Source: Mobula hypostoma
Taxonomy: Eukaryota
Direction: 5' to 3'
Assembly: GCF_963921235.1 (NCBI RefSeq)
Contig: NC_086097.1
Span: forward strand, 192,326,001-192,390,000
DNA: 64,000 bases
Shown here: positions 11,505 to 24,725 of the stretch, piece after piece
Layout: each line of letters opens with the position of its first letter
How positions within the stretch are numbered: position 1 is the first letter of the stretch
Program-made: the position numbers and the translations under genes
Notes under the pieces: generated by a model
What the model was told of the DNA's origin: nothing
Seen by the model: the letters and a program-made list of their open reading frames with translations, nothing else
The model's database searches: none

Positions 11505-11995
11505 AAATTCTAAGGACTTTCTATAGGGGCACGACTGAGAGCATCCTGACTGGCTACATCACTGCCTGGTATGGGAACTGTACTTCCCTCAATTGCAGTA
11601 CTCTGCAGAGAGTGGTGTGGACAGCCCAACGCATCGGTAGATGTGAACTTTCTACTGTTCAGGAGATCTACAAAGACGTGTGTAAAAAGGGCCCGAAGGA
11701 TCATTGGGGATCCGAGTCACCCCAACCACAAATCCTTCCAGCTGCTACCATCCTTGAAAAGGTACCGCAGCATAAAAGCCAGGATCAATAGGCTCCAGAA
11801 CAATTTCTTCAACTAGGCCACCAGACTGCTTAATTCATGCTGATGAAACTGTATTTCTATGTTATATTGACTATCCTGTTGTACATAATATTTGTTATAA
11901 AATACTATAATTACACATTGCACATTTGAATGGAGACTTCTACTTCTCATATATTTGGAGGATGTAAGTAATAAAACCAATTCGATTCAAATCAA
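11505..11995 (+). mobile_element. Rex1/Babar-like LINE 3' fragment
   Basis: FYRGTTESILTGYITAWYGNC and IIGDPSHPNH..FQLLPS..YRSIKAR..RLQNNFF; AATAAA then ATTCA-type tail. Confidence 0.82.
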
Positions 11996-12859
11996 TCTAT
12001 TGCACTTATTCCATCTGTTCTATCAATCCACATCTTTGTCTCTTTATCCACAACTTAAAATTAGCTTTTTTTCTCTCTTTCCCATTTCCGATGCAGGATC
12101 ATTGACCTGAAGTGCTAACTCTGTTTCACTTTCCAAAGGTGATGTCTGACCAGCTCATTTTTTTCTCAGTAATTTACATCTTTGTTTCAGAATTCCATTA
12201 ACTGCAGGGTTTTTAAAAAAAAATTACAGTTACTGATGTATATTGAAATGAACAGAAAAATCTGTTAGACATAACATGGTCTACAGTATAAATGCAACAT
12301 TAAACGTTTCCTATTGGTTATATTGCATGACATTGCATGATTTGGAAACAAACTTTAGTTACGTGGAAATTTAATTCACTTTCAGCGGATGTAGCAATCC
12401 TTTGATGATAGCACAGATTTCATTTTTATGACAAATATCAGCCAGTGTAGTTCACTCTAATTTTCACTCTTTGACAGGATTAATTTTATACATCTTCCCG
12501 ATGTTTCAGAAGGTTTGGGGATGCAATACTCCTTTTTTTTGTCCACACATTTATTTTAAGTACACTATACCATGAATATCTATCTAAACCCAAAACAATG
12601 AGTTTTTGAGTTGCTTGCATTTTATTCTTCCTGGTCTCCAGTTTTGATTTGTCTCTCCAGGTTCTTTATCCATATCAGAGTTCTGCCCATTTCATACATC
12701 CCGCATAGTCTACCATACCTTGAATCTTACTTTTCTCCAAGCTAACATACCCATAATATCTGATTTATGTGATTTTGAAAAGCTGCAACAGTCCATGTTC
12801 TGGGCAACATTGGTAATACTCCCCAACTCCTTCTGTACAACTTTGATGACTGAGTTGGT

Positions 12860-14705
12860 GCTGCTTCATGCACCCACGCTGTTCTTGTCAATTTCACAAA
12901 CTCTATCTCCAACATCCACCTTCACTTTGAATTGATTTGATCCATCTCTAACATCTTTCTCCCCTTTCTTGATCTCACTGTCCCCATCTCTGGAGACAGA
13001 TTATCTACTGATATCTTTTACAAAGCTACTGACTCTCTCAGCTATCTTGACTGTACCTTTTCCCACCCTGTCACTTGTAAAAATGACTACCCTTTTCTCA
13101 GTTCCTCCATCTCTGCTACATCTGCTCTCAGGATGAGGCTTTCTATCTTAGAGCATCTGAGATCTCCTTTTTGAAAGAATGAAATTCCCTTCAACAACCA
13201 TTGGTCTGCCCTCACCCACATCTCCTCCATTTCCCACACATCTGTACTCACCTCATCATCCCACTGTCATAATAGAGACAGTGTTCCCCTTGCCCTTACC
13301 TACCATCCGAAGTGCTACTGTATTTAACACATCATTCTCTGTAACTTCCACCATCTACAATGGAATTATGTCACTAAGCACATCTTTCCACCCCCCCCCC
13401 ACTTCAGTTTCCATGGTGATTTCTCTCAGCGTGACTCCCTGGTCAACTTCTCCCTCCCCACCAATGTTCCCCCCGGCACTTTTTCCATGCAAGTTTTAAA
13501 ATGAAGATTTAACATGGACTGAGGGGTCTGGACAATATACAAGTATATTTGTTTGGTTGTGTTTTTACTAATATTCTACATCTGCTTTGTGCTTGTATAT
13601 GCGAGCACTGGGCCTCAAAGCCACAATTTTGCCCAGTGGGAGTCGGGTGTCAGGGTGACGAGATATGTATGTATAAAAAACAATATCTATATAGGTTTGT
13701 TAACTTGTATGCATCAAGCCGCGGTGTCACAGGATGGGAGGGAGAGGTGGTCCTCAGGACTTATTACATGTCACCTTGTGTGTGCTTACTGTGTGTGACT
13801 CTTGGTACTGTGTTTTTTCTCCTTGACCCCGTAGTAACACTGTCTCATTTGGCTGCATTGCTGAGCATTCATATATGGTTAAATGACAATTAAACTAGAA
13901 TTGAATTGAATTGAAGTGCTATGCCTGTCCCTACATCTCCCTCATCACCATTCAGGGCCACAAATAGCTCTAGCAGATGAGGCGACAATTCACCTGCCAG
14001 TCAGTCAGGGACATCTACTGTTTCTGGTGCTCCTGTTACGGCATCCTCTACACTGGTCAAGCACCTTCACTCTGTCTGCCGTAAAAGGCAGAATTTCCTG
14101 GTGGCCACCCATTTCAATTTGACTTCCCATACCCATTCTGACATGTCTGTTCATGGCACAATGAGGCCACATTCAGGTTGGAGGAGCAACTCCTCAAATT
14201 CCATCTGGGTAACAACTAACCTGATGGCACGAACATCAACATCTCTAACCTGGTAATTTCTTTCCCAACCCCCTTCTCTCTTCTTCCACTCCCTTTTCTG
14301 GTTCCACACTGATCCCTATTCTTTTCTTCATCTGCCCAGCAACTACCTCTGGTGCCCCTCCCCCTTACTTCTCTTTTGCGGCCCACTGTCCTCTCTATCA
14401 GATTCCTTCTTCTTTAGCTCTCTATCTCTTCTACTTATTCCCTTGCAGCTTCTTATTTCATCCTCCCTGCCCCACTCACTGCTTTCACCCTATCTCTTTT
14501 CACTAATCACCTGAAAACTGTACCTCTTACCACCCCTTCACCATCTTATTCCGACCTTTTCGCCCTTCCTTTCCAGTCCCGATGAAGAGTCTTAGCCGGA
14601 AATGTCAACAGATTATTCCCCTCCATAGCTTATTCCTGAGTTCCTCCAACATTTTGTGGGTGTTGCTCAAGATTTCCATCATCTGCAGAATGCCTTGTGT
14701 TTATA
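12860..14705 (+). mobile_element. Decayed Penelope-like element (RT thumb, GIY-YIG remnant, pLTR), interrupted by an unclassified ~420-bp repeat with (AATTG)n tail at ~13495-13915
   Basis: PFLDLTV..LSTDIFYKATDSLSYLD..SHP motif; similarity to 28714-29452 including a degenerate hammerhead at 14575-14610. Confidence 0.82.
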
Positions 14706-15150
14706 GTTTAGCGCTCCCTTTGTTTCCAGCTAGATGAAGTGCAATTTCTCTTCTCTGTGCCAGTCCTTTATGTTCTAAAAGTGTTCCCAGCTAATTATAA
14801 CGGAGCAAAATGTTTTCACACCATGTTATCAGATACTTCTTAGTGCATCAAGTTTTCATTTCTGAATTATCGTTTATTCCCTAAGCCTGAAATGATTGCA
14901 ATGAGAATCATTTTCTTCCCTATATTTTAGAATTATTAAACTATCTTTGTTACCCAGTATTATTTTTATCTCTTATTTGGCCCTTTCCTAATCCATCAGC
15001 GTACATCTAATATTTCTTCAACATGTGGAGTTCTTCCTCCATGCTGAGACTACAGATGCTGGAATTGGGAGCAAAAATGATGTTGTAGAACACAGAGAAC
15101 TGGGGATAGGAGTACATTGTTCCCTGCAAGTGCCGATACAGGTAAACAAA

Positions 15151-16018
15151 TTGAAATGAATTGAATTGACTTTATTTCTTACATCTTTCACAAATGTGAG
15201 GAGTGAAACTCTTTATGTTACATCTTTGAATGTGTAAATTGCAGTAATTTGTAATAATTACTCATTCGTAAGGCCAGTGATGTTGTGGGGATGGAACTGG
15301 ACTCTCTGATGGTGGTGTCTGAAAAGAGGATGCTGTCCAAGTTGCATGCCATCTTGGACAATGTCTCCCATCCACTACATAATGTACTGGTTGGGCACAG
15401 GAGTACATTCAGCCAGAGACTCATTCCACCGAGGTGCAACACAGAGCGTCATAGGAAGTCATTCCTGCCTGTGGCCATCAAACTTTACAACTCCTCCCTT
15501 GGAGGGTCAGACACCCTGAGCCAATAGGCTGGTCCTGGACTTATTTCCTGGCATAATTTACATATTACTATTTAACTATTTATGGTTTTATTACTATTTA
15601 ATTATTTATGGTGCAACTGTAACGAAAACCAATTTCCTCCGGGATCAATAAAGTATGACTATGACTAATACTAAATAGTATGTACAGTAAGATGTACAAC
15701 AGAACAGTCAATATAGCTTAGAAATACAATTGTATCAGTGTGAATTAATCAGTCTGATGGCCTGGTGGACAAAGCTGTCCTAGAGCCTGTTGGTTCTGGC
15801 TTTTATACTGCGGTACTGTTTCCTGGATGGTAGCAGCTAGAAAAGTTTGTGGTTAGGGTGACTCAGGTCCCCAGTGATCCTTCGGGCCCTTTTCTCGCAC
15901 CTGTTGCTGTAAATGTCCTGAAGTTCACATCCACAGATGCGCTGGGCTCTCCGCACCACTCTCTGCAGAGTCCTGCGATTGAGGGAAGTACAGTTCTCAA
16001 CCAGGCAGTGAACAAGAT
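15151..16018 (-). mobile_element. Rex1/Babar-like 3' fragment (same family as 11505-11995)
   Basis: NCTSLNRRTLQRVVRRAQRICG..RARRITGDLSHPNHKLF; flanked by an 8-bp TSD. Confidence 0.8.
15257..15665 (+). mobile_element. Rex1-type LINE 3' end with (ATGACT)n tail, nested
   Basis: Uninterrupted frame ..ILDNVSHPLH..RLIPPRCNTERHRKSFLPVAIKLYNSS; GATCAATAAAGT then ATGACT repeats; TAATA at both flanks. Confidence 0.82.
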
Positions 16019-18307
16019 TAAACAAAGTAATGAAGAAGGCATATGGCATGCATGCCTTCATCAGAATTAGTAAGGAAATTGGACACCATGTTACAACTGC
16101 ACAAGATGTTAGTGAGACTGCACTTGGAGGATTGTGGGCAGCTCTGGATATCATTCTGTGGGAAGGATGTGTTTTACACTAGAGAGGGTGCAGGAAAGAT
16201 TTGCAAGGATGCGGCCAGAATTGAAGGGTTTGAATTGCAAAGAAAGACTGGATTAGCTGGCACAGTTTTCCTAAAGCAAAGGAGGCCAAGAGGTTCATTA
16301 AGTCATGAGGGGCATAGATAAGGTGGATAGGCACAGTCTATTTCTGTTGAAAACTAAAGTACAAAGGTTTAATGTGAGAGGGGAAAGACTTAAAGGGGAT
16401 TTGAGGGATGAGGTAGTTTTTACACAGAGACATATAGAATAAGCTGCTAAAGGAAGTTGTAAATGTGGGTATAGTAACAATGTTTTAAAAACCATTTAGA
16501 AAGATATAGGGAGAGGAAAAGTTTAGAGGGACATGGTCAAACTCAAGCAAATGCGATTAGCTCAGATAGGCACTTTGGTTAATATGGAAGAGTTAGGTCA
16601 AAGAATCCATTTCCAAGCTTTATTAACTCTGTGATTCTATGACTCACAGGATGCTTTGACAGCATCTCTGAAGTCAATGATATCAGCCAGTAAGAAGGAA
16701 AAGACAAATCGGAGAATTTGCTATCTGCCTCCAGGGTCACACATCTGGAAATATATCATAGTTTCTTCATTCTTATTTAATCTAAATCTTGGAACTCTGT
16801 ACCAGCACAAAAAGACTGTGACTGTTCACTCGGGTGGCCCAACATCATCTAAAAGAGACCACTGAATAATGACCAATAAAGATTAATTTGCTACTGGAAC
16901 AATGCCTCACACAATTGAGCATTAAAAAAAAGAATGTTACAGGCTTCTCCACTTTTTCTGTAATAAGTTTGATCACTTTTAACATTGACAGCACATCTAA
17001 ATGCTTGCTTCACTGGTCTCTCCAGAATTGATCTCTGAAATATAAACATCTGATTCTGACTGTGTTGTGGCTCATTTATAGTCCAACACTATCCAGTTGA
17101 ACTCAATAACTGCTTAGCTTGTTCGTTTCTACATTCCTTATTTTCCTCTGAAGCTATAGTTGATTAAATGTATTGATCTGTAGGCAATTTTCTCATCATT
17201 TAGCCCATTAAGCGTGCTTTATTGCTTCTGTTAACATCCCACAGCAAACGCAACTTCAAGATATCATCTGACTTAATTTCTTTTGTCTTCCTTTAAATCT
17301 TACTTTTCTTATTCATCCTGTTTTATTTTTCATTCATCTCTTGGCTACAGACAGTAGCTGCCTTTTTCATTTATATTTTTCTGGTTAATCTCCTGCCAAG
17401 CTAAACCATTTTGAATTTACTACATCTTGTGCTCCTCTGGTTCATTTCTGAGTCTGACTTATTTTCTCAGATCTTGTTTTTCTGGTGATTTATCATTAAT
17501 TTCTACTTAACTCTTTGACTGTGACTCTTTGGTAATGACAACCTTTACTCAGAACATGGCTACTGGGAGACCTTGCTCTAGGCTTCAATTGTTACTGGGC
17601 CAGAGATTGTCGAGGTGGCAGGAAGGGCTATGTTAGTTTGTTTACATTAGTTAAGTGAAAGTTGTTCGACCTGATCAGACGCACTACCTCACTAGTAAGT
17701 AACAGTAGCTCTTTGGTTGCTGCAGATGTATGTGAATGCTTCATAATAGTTGGTGAATGAGGAACGGTTTTTGCCCTTCAGTATGACTTGGGTAAGATTT
17801 TCATGTGATTGAGAGGAAACTATGGATAGAGAGAACCAAAGACTCCTTGAGGAGCCTGTGAGAACTATGCATGCTTTTCCTTAACCACAGTGAACTCCAA
17901 GAGAAGGACATTTGCCTTAGCCCCCTCTAGCCAGTCTCTTCAATCTCCTGTGATTCTGTTGGAGGGTTATGTGCTATTCATGGGTAAATGGGCCAGCTTG
18001 GATAGGCATCTTGGCCTGCATGGATAAAGGACTGAAAGGCTTAATTATGTGCTGTATTACTGTGTGATGTTAAATGTAAAATTACAATGATGTCAACATA
18101 TTATGAACTTAACCTCTTATGTTGACCCATCTACTTTTAGCCAATAGCTTGAATCAACACCATTGTTATTGTGATGGCTGTGAAAACAGCAGAACTGAAA
18201 CACATTTTCCATTTCCAAGATTTTAACCCCCTGTCTGGCTCTTTAAAGTTAATGCTTTTGAGTATATCCAAACTGTGAGCTATGTTTCTGAATTGACATT
18301 CACATAT

Positions 18308-18960
18308 TTAAAGGCCTAGATACAGTGGATGCAGAGTGGATGCATAGAGGATGCTCCCTATAATGGGGAAGGCTAGGACCTGGGTGCACAGCCTCAGAAT
18401 AGAGGAATGTCTGTTTTGAACAGAGATGAGGAGGACTTTCTCTAGCCAGAGAGTGGTGAATCTGTTGAATTCATTGCCAAAGATGGCTAAGGAAGCTAAG
18501 TCACAAGGTATATTTAAAGCAGAAGTTGATAGGTTCTTGATTAGTAAGGGTATCAAGGGTTACAGGAAAAAGGCAGGAGAATGCATTTCCACTGAGGTCC
18601 CACAAATGGGTTAAGGGTGAAAGGTGAAATGTCTAAGGGGAACATGAGGGGAAGCCTTTTCATGAGGGTCATGATAGAGTGGAATGAGCTGAAAACGCAA
18701 GTGGTGCAAATATGAGTTCAATTTCAATGTTATAGAGAAGGTACATGGATGACTGTGGTCCTGGTGCAGGTCAATGGGAGTAGGCAGTTTAAATGTCTCG
18801 GCACAGACTAGATGGACAGAAGGGCCTGTTTCTGTGTCATATTTTTCTATGACTCTATGACTCTAATGCGGTTGAGAGGGATAATAAATTAGCGGAGCAA
18901 ATTTGGTAGGTCAAGTGGCCTGATTCTGCTCCTGTGTCTTATGGTGTTATAGTCTTATGG
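18308..18960 (+). mobile_element. Two nested CR1 3' ends (inner copy 18585-18864)
   Basis: FSSQRVVNLLNSLP frame; inner (TCTATGAC)n tail; TSD AATGC at 18580-18584 / 18865-18869; outer (TTATGGTC)-like tail. Confidence 0.85.
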
Positions 18961-20869
18961 ACTGGCTAACTAAGACTCGTCTACTAAAGCAATGGCATGA
19001 GAGGAACTAAGTAGAACAGGCAACAGCTGTGGAAGAAAATGGACATTCAACTTTTTGTGTAGAGATCTTCAAACTGAACTGGAAAAGTAGATAGGAGATA
19101 ACTAGGGTAAAGAGGTGAAAAAGAGGGAAAGTATTACGCAATGATTAATTATCAGCATTTATACTTCATGATCTTTATAGATTCTTGTATAAATTTGAAC
19201 TGGGGTACAAGGAAACGTGGAATGATTGATCAGTTGGACTATGTGTGGTGATCGGATTGAGACATTTGTTGTCTAATTGTTGAATCCATTTCCTAAAAAT
19301 TCTGTTCATTCAGGTTGAAGGATGTGCATGTCTTTAAAGTTACATATTAAAATATTTCATATCTTCACCAATTTAATGGTGTTATCTTTGCAGGAAGCAC
19401 AAACATGATTTGAATACTTAGTAAATGTCATGCTGTCTTCCCAGATAAGCACTGGCCAGATCTGACAAGGAGACAAACTGCATTTCCACTTTATTAGCAG
19501 CAAGCAGATTAGTGAAAGAGTGAGAATGAATAAACAGTTTTAAGGAGTTACAGTTTTTAACCGAATTCTATTGTCATCAACAGATTAATTATACATCAAG
19601 TGCAAGGTCGGACTTAGATATAAATCAAAACTTCTTTCTCATTGCATCTTTAAGCATTTTGTAATACTTGTGCATTTTTTAATGAATAGTATGCTTTTGA
19701 GCTCATTTGCACGTAAGAAATTTAACTACCTTCTTCCAGCTTGAACTTTTCCTCAAGTTGGTCTTCATCTTTTTAGACATTTCCAAGTTAATAATATGGC
19801 CTTCATTCAAGATAGAGCCAAGTTGAAATATGTCCATTGATGTCATGAATCACAATTACTTGTTTTTAAGTTTGTAGGAATGGTTTGGGTGTCAAAACAA
19901 AAGAGTTAGGGGACAGGTTAGGATTTAGAGGCTAGGATGAGGGAGGAACTAGAGATCAAGGGCAGTAAATGAAGAGTTAGGCAGAGCAGGAGCCAGTGTT
20001 TGGGGTCCAGGTTGGAGTGCTCCATGGTGAAATGTCAGTGATCATAGAGGTCGAGTCGATAGGTGCAGAAGAGATCAGCGATCTGCAGGTCAGTGAGCCC
20101 TGGGTTGGAGGTTCATCCATCTGGGTGGGAGTCATGAGGGCTGGTGAACCCCTCCTGGACGTCTATGTGAATCTGGAAGTTGAGGCCCGGAGGTAAAGCC
20201 CATTATCAGTGAGACCTGGGATCAAGGCCTGGAAGTCAAACCTGTGATTGGTGAGTCCTGGGTTCAATACCCAGATAGTGTGAAGGACAAGGCCAAAGTT
20301 GAAGGTAGTAGCCCAAAAAATCCTGAGGGCTGATGACATCCCCTTCCCCCACCCAAGTCACCAAGCTCAGAGGTTGTGCAAGACCGGAAGTCAGGGACCA
20401 GAGGTTAAACCTGTGATTTGTAAGTTCTGGGGTCTATACAGAGAGATTAGTGAACTCCAGAGGGAAGATCTGAAGGTCAATATCCATAGCTTGTTGAGTC
20501 CAGAGACTGAAGTGAGTCAGAGGTTGGCGAGTTTGGAGATGGAGGTATGAAAACTGAAGTCCCTGGTAGGATTGTCTGAAGGTCAGAAGCCTAATGTCTG
20601 CGAGTCTAGATCAGGAACTGGAGGTTGGAGGCCCAATATCTGCAAGTCTGAGACTAAAGACTGGAGACCCAGAGGGTGCTGGGTTTGGAGGCATGGCTGT
20701 GAGTGCAGGTTAATGGGGGAATGGGAGGGTGTTTTGCAGTTATCTTGTTTTGGTATGTAGTCGTCGCTGCTGCTTGTGTTGTTCTGTTCAATATGGTGGG
20801 CACGCTGGAATGTATGGTGATGCTTGTGGGATACCCCCAGCACATGTATTGGCTGTTAAAGTAAACAGC

Positions 20870-22328
20870 TCATTTCAAGAGAAGGCAAAGCCGACATAAA
20901 AACCAAAGAGAGAGCATATAATAGAGCAAACAATAGTGGGAAGTTGGAAGGTTGGGAAGCTTTTAAAAGCCAACAGAAGGCAACTAAAAAGTCATTCAAA
21001 AAGTAAAGAAGGAATACGAAAGTAAACTAGCCAATAATATTAAAGAGTTTACCAAAAGTTTCTTTAGATACATAGTGTGAAAGAGAGGTGAGAGTAGATG
21101 TCGGACTGCTGGGAAATGATTCTGGGGAAGTATTAATGAGGGAGAAGGAAATGGAGGATGAACTGAATAAGTATTTTGTGTCAGCCTTCACTATGGAAAA
21201 CATTAGCAGCATGGTGGAAGTGCCAGTGTCAGGGGTCATGAAGTGTGTGAATTTACCATGACTAAAGAGAAAGTTCTTGAGAAACTGAAAAGTCTGAAGG
21301 TGGATAGGTCACCTGGACCAGAGTTCTGAAAGGGGTGGCTGAAGAGATCGTGAGACATTAGTAATGATCTTCAGGAATCATTAGATTTGGAATGATACTG
21401 GAAGACTTGAGAATTGCAAATGTCGCTCCACTCTTCATAAAGGGAGAGAGGCAGAAGAAAGGAAATTATAGGCCAGTTAGTCTGATCTCAATGATTGGGA
21501 AGATGTTGGAGTCGATTATTAAGGATGAGATTTCAAGGTACTTGGAGGCACATGATGCCCAACAAATCTGTTGGAATTCTTTTAAGTAACAAGCAGGATA
21601 GACAAAAGAGATTCAATTGATGCTGCGTACTTGGATTTTCAGAAGGCCTTTGACAAGGTGCCACACATGAGGCTACTTAAGAAGCTATGAACCTATGGTA
21701 TTATAGAAAAGATTCTAGCATGGATAGCAGGAAGCAAAAGGTAGGATGAAAGGGAGCCTTTGGTTATCTGCTGGTGACTAGTGGTGTTCCACTGGGGTCT
21801 GTATTGGGACTGATTATTTTTATATTATATATCAATGATTTGGACGATGGAATTGATGGCTTTGTTGCAAAGGTTTGTAGATGATATGAAGATAGATGGA
21901 GGGGCAGGTAGCATTGAGGAAGTAGAGAAACTACAGAAGGACTTAGATAGATTAATAGAATGGGCAAAGAAACAGGAGATGGAATATAGTGTCATGAAGT
22001 GTATGGTCATGCACTTTGGTATAAGAAATGAAAATGTTGACTATTTTCTAAATGGAGAGAAAATACAGAATTCTGAGGCACAAAAAGACTTTGGAATCCT
22101 TGAGCAGGATTCACTAAAGGTTAGCTTACAGGTTGAGTCTGTGGTGAGGAAGGCAAATGCAATATTAGCATTCATTTCAGGAGGACTAGAATATAAAAGC
22201 TAGGATGTAATGTTGAAACTTTATAAAGCACTGGTGAGGCCTCACTTGGAGTATTGTGAGCAGTTTTGGGCCGTTACCTTTGAAAGGATGTGCTGAAACT
22301 GGAGAGGGTTCAGAACAGGTTCATGAAA
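20870..22328 (+). mobile_element. CR1 ORF2 fragment
   Basis: ORFs 21392-21589 (GNYRPVSL) and 21835-22203; DFQKAFDKVPH. Confidence 0.92.
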
Positions 22329-23375
22329 AGAAGGAGCCCATAACTGCTCACAGTCCTCCAACTGCTGTCTGACCAATGCCTTATAAAGCCTCAATATGAC
22401 ATCCTTGCTCTTATATTCTAGTCCTCTCAAAATGAATCCTAGCATTGCATTTGCCCTCCTTACCACCAACTCAACCTGCAAATTAACGTTTAGGGAATCC
22501 TGCACAAGGACTCTCAAGTCCCATTGAACCTCTGATTTTTTTTAAAAAATGGAAAGTGTCTTTATTCCTTTTACCAAACTGCATGACCATTTAAATCTTT
22601 GCCTCCTGCCAGTCAGCCAAATCTTCTATCCATGCTGGTATGTTTCCTGTAATAGCACGTGCTCTTATCTTGTTAAGCAGCCTCTTGTTAAAAGCCTTCT
22701 GAAAATCCAAGTAAACAACATCCACTGAATTTCCTTTGTTGATACTGCCTGTTATTTCCTCAAAGAATTTCAACAGATTACTCAAACAAGATTTCCATGT
22801 TGACTTTGCTTTATTTTAATCATGTACCTCCAAGTATCCCAAAACCTTATCTTTAGTAATGGACTCCAACATTTTCCCAACCACTGAAGTCAGGCTAACT
22901 GTCCTATAATTTCTTTTCTTCTGCCTCTTTAATGAGTGGAGTGACATGTTCAATTTTCCATTCCTCCAGAACCATACAAGAATCTAGCGATTCTTGAAAG
23001 ATCATTACTAATTCCCTGACTATCGCTTCAGCAACCACTTTCAGAACCCTGGGGTATAGTCCACATGGTCCAGGTGATGTATCTACCTTCAGGCTTTTCA
23101 GCCTTCTAAGCATTTTCTTCTTCACAATAGCAATTACATTCACTTATGCCCCTGATGTTCTCAAATTTCTGGTATACTATGAATGTTTTCTATGGTGAAG
23201 GCTGTCACAAAATACTTATTAAGTTTAGCTGCTATTTCTTTGTTCCCCATTACTGCCTCTCCCGCAACATTTTTCAGCGGTCTGATATCCACCCCACCTT
23301 GCTTGTTCTGTATATTTCTGAAAATACTTTTGGAATCCTCTTTTATATTATCGGCTAGCTTTCTTTCATACTTCT

Positions 23376-23980
23376 AAGTTCAAAGTAAATTTATTAACAC
23401 AGTACATGTATGTCACCATATACAAGCCCGAGATTGATTTCTTGCGGGCATACTCAGTATATCTATAATAGGATAATGACCATATTAGAATCAATGAAGG
23501 ACCACACTAACATGAGCATTCAGCAAATGTGGAAAAGACAACAAACCGTGCAAATACAAAAATAAATAAATAAATAATAATAATAATAATAAATAAACAA
23601 TAAATATCAAGAACATGAAATGAATAGTCCCTGAAAGTGAGTCCATAGGTTGAGGGAATATTTCGATAATGGGACAAGTGAGGTTGAATGAAGTGATCTC
23701 CTTTGGTTCAAGAGCCTAATGTCTGAGGGGTAATAAATGCCCGTGAACCTGGTCAGAGTCCTGAGCCTCTGCTCTTTCTTCTTTAATGGCAGCAGCAAAA
23801 AGAAAGTATGACCTTTTTGGTGGGAGTTCCCTGATTATCAATGCCTCTTTACTGCATCAGCTCTTTGTGTAGATGTGCTCAATGGTGGGGATACTTTGCC
23901 TGAGATTGACTGGGCTGTATCCCCTACTTTTTGTAGGATTTTCCATTCAAGAGCATTGATATTTGCATACCTATGTGACC
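23376..23980 (-). mobile_element. Rex1/Babar-like LINE 3' fragment containing a (TAA)n microsatellite
   Basis: Similar to 35550-36070 and 54400-55015; AATAAATTTACTTTGAAC tail on the minus strand. Confidence 0.78.
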
Positions 23981-24725
23981 TCTTTCTAAGGACTTGATTA
24001 CCAACAGAACTACCGCCCCCCCCCCCACACCTACCTGTCTTTTTGATACAATGTATATCCTTGGAAGTTAAGCTCCCAACTATAATCTTCTTTAAGCCAC
24101 AACTCAGTAATGTCCACAAAGTTTTACCTGGGAACCTCTAACTGCACTGCAAGATCACCTACCTTGTTCCGTATATGGTGTGCATTGAAGTATAACACCT
24201 TTAGCTCTGTATTCATCACCCTTTTTGATTTTGCCCCCACATTACACTTCATCTCAATTACTGACTGTAATTTGTCCTATCATCTTCCTATTCTTCTTGA
24301 CAGTGTTGACACACCCTTCATCTACTGATATATCAACTGGCCCATACTCACCCCTATCACTCTGGTTCCCAGTGTTGCTAGAGCCATTGGGGAGGGCTTA
24401 AAATTTAGTTTAAACCCTCCCTAACAGCTCCAGCAACCATACCCATAAGGATATTGGTCCATCTTGGTTTCAGTTCTTACCTATTCTATTTTTACAGATT
24501 ATACCTTCCCCACAAGAGATCCAAATGATCCAGAAATCTGAAACCCTGCCCCCTACACTAGTTCTTCAACCATGTGTCAATTTGCCAAGTCATCTTATTC
24601 TACGCTCACTGACAAATGGCACAGGAAGCTCTCCAGAGATTACTACTCTGGAGGTCCTGCTTCTCAGCTTTCTATCTAACTCCTTATATTCGCTCTTAAG
24701 GATCTCTCCCCCATTCCTTCCAATA

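Larger units (their letters stand above)
15085..16645 (+). mobile_element. Old CR1 3' fragment split by nested Rex1/Babar-like insertions
   Basis: CR1 sequence at 15085-15150 resumes at 16019 (ORF 16043-16321 MLQLHKMLVRLHLEDC); TSD TAAACAAA at 15143-15150 / 16019-16026. Confidence 0.8.
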
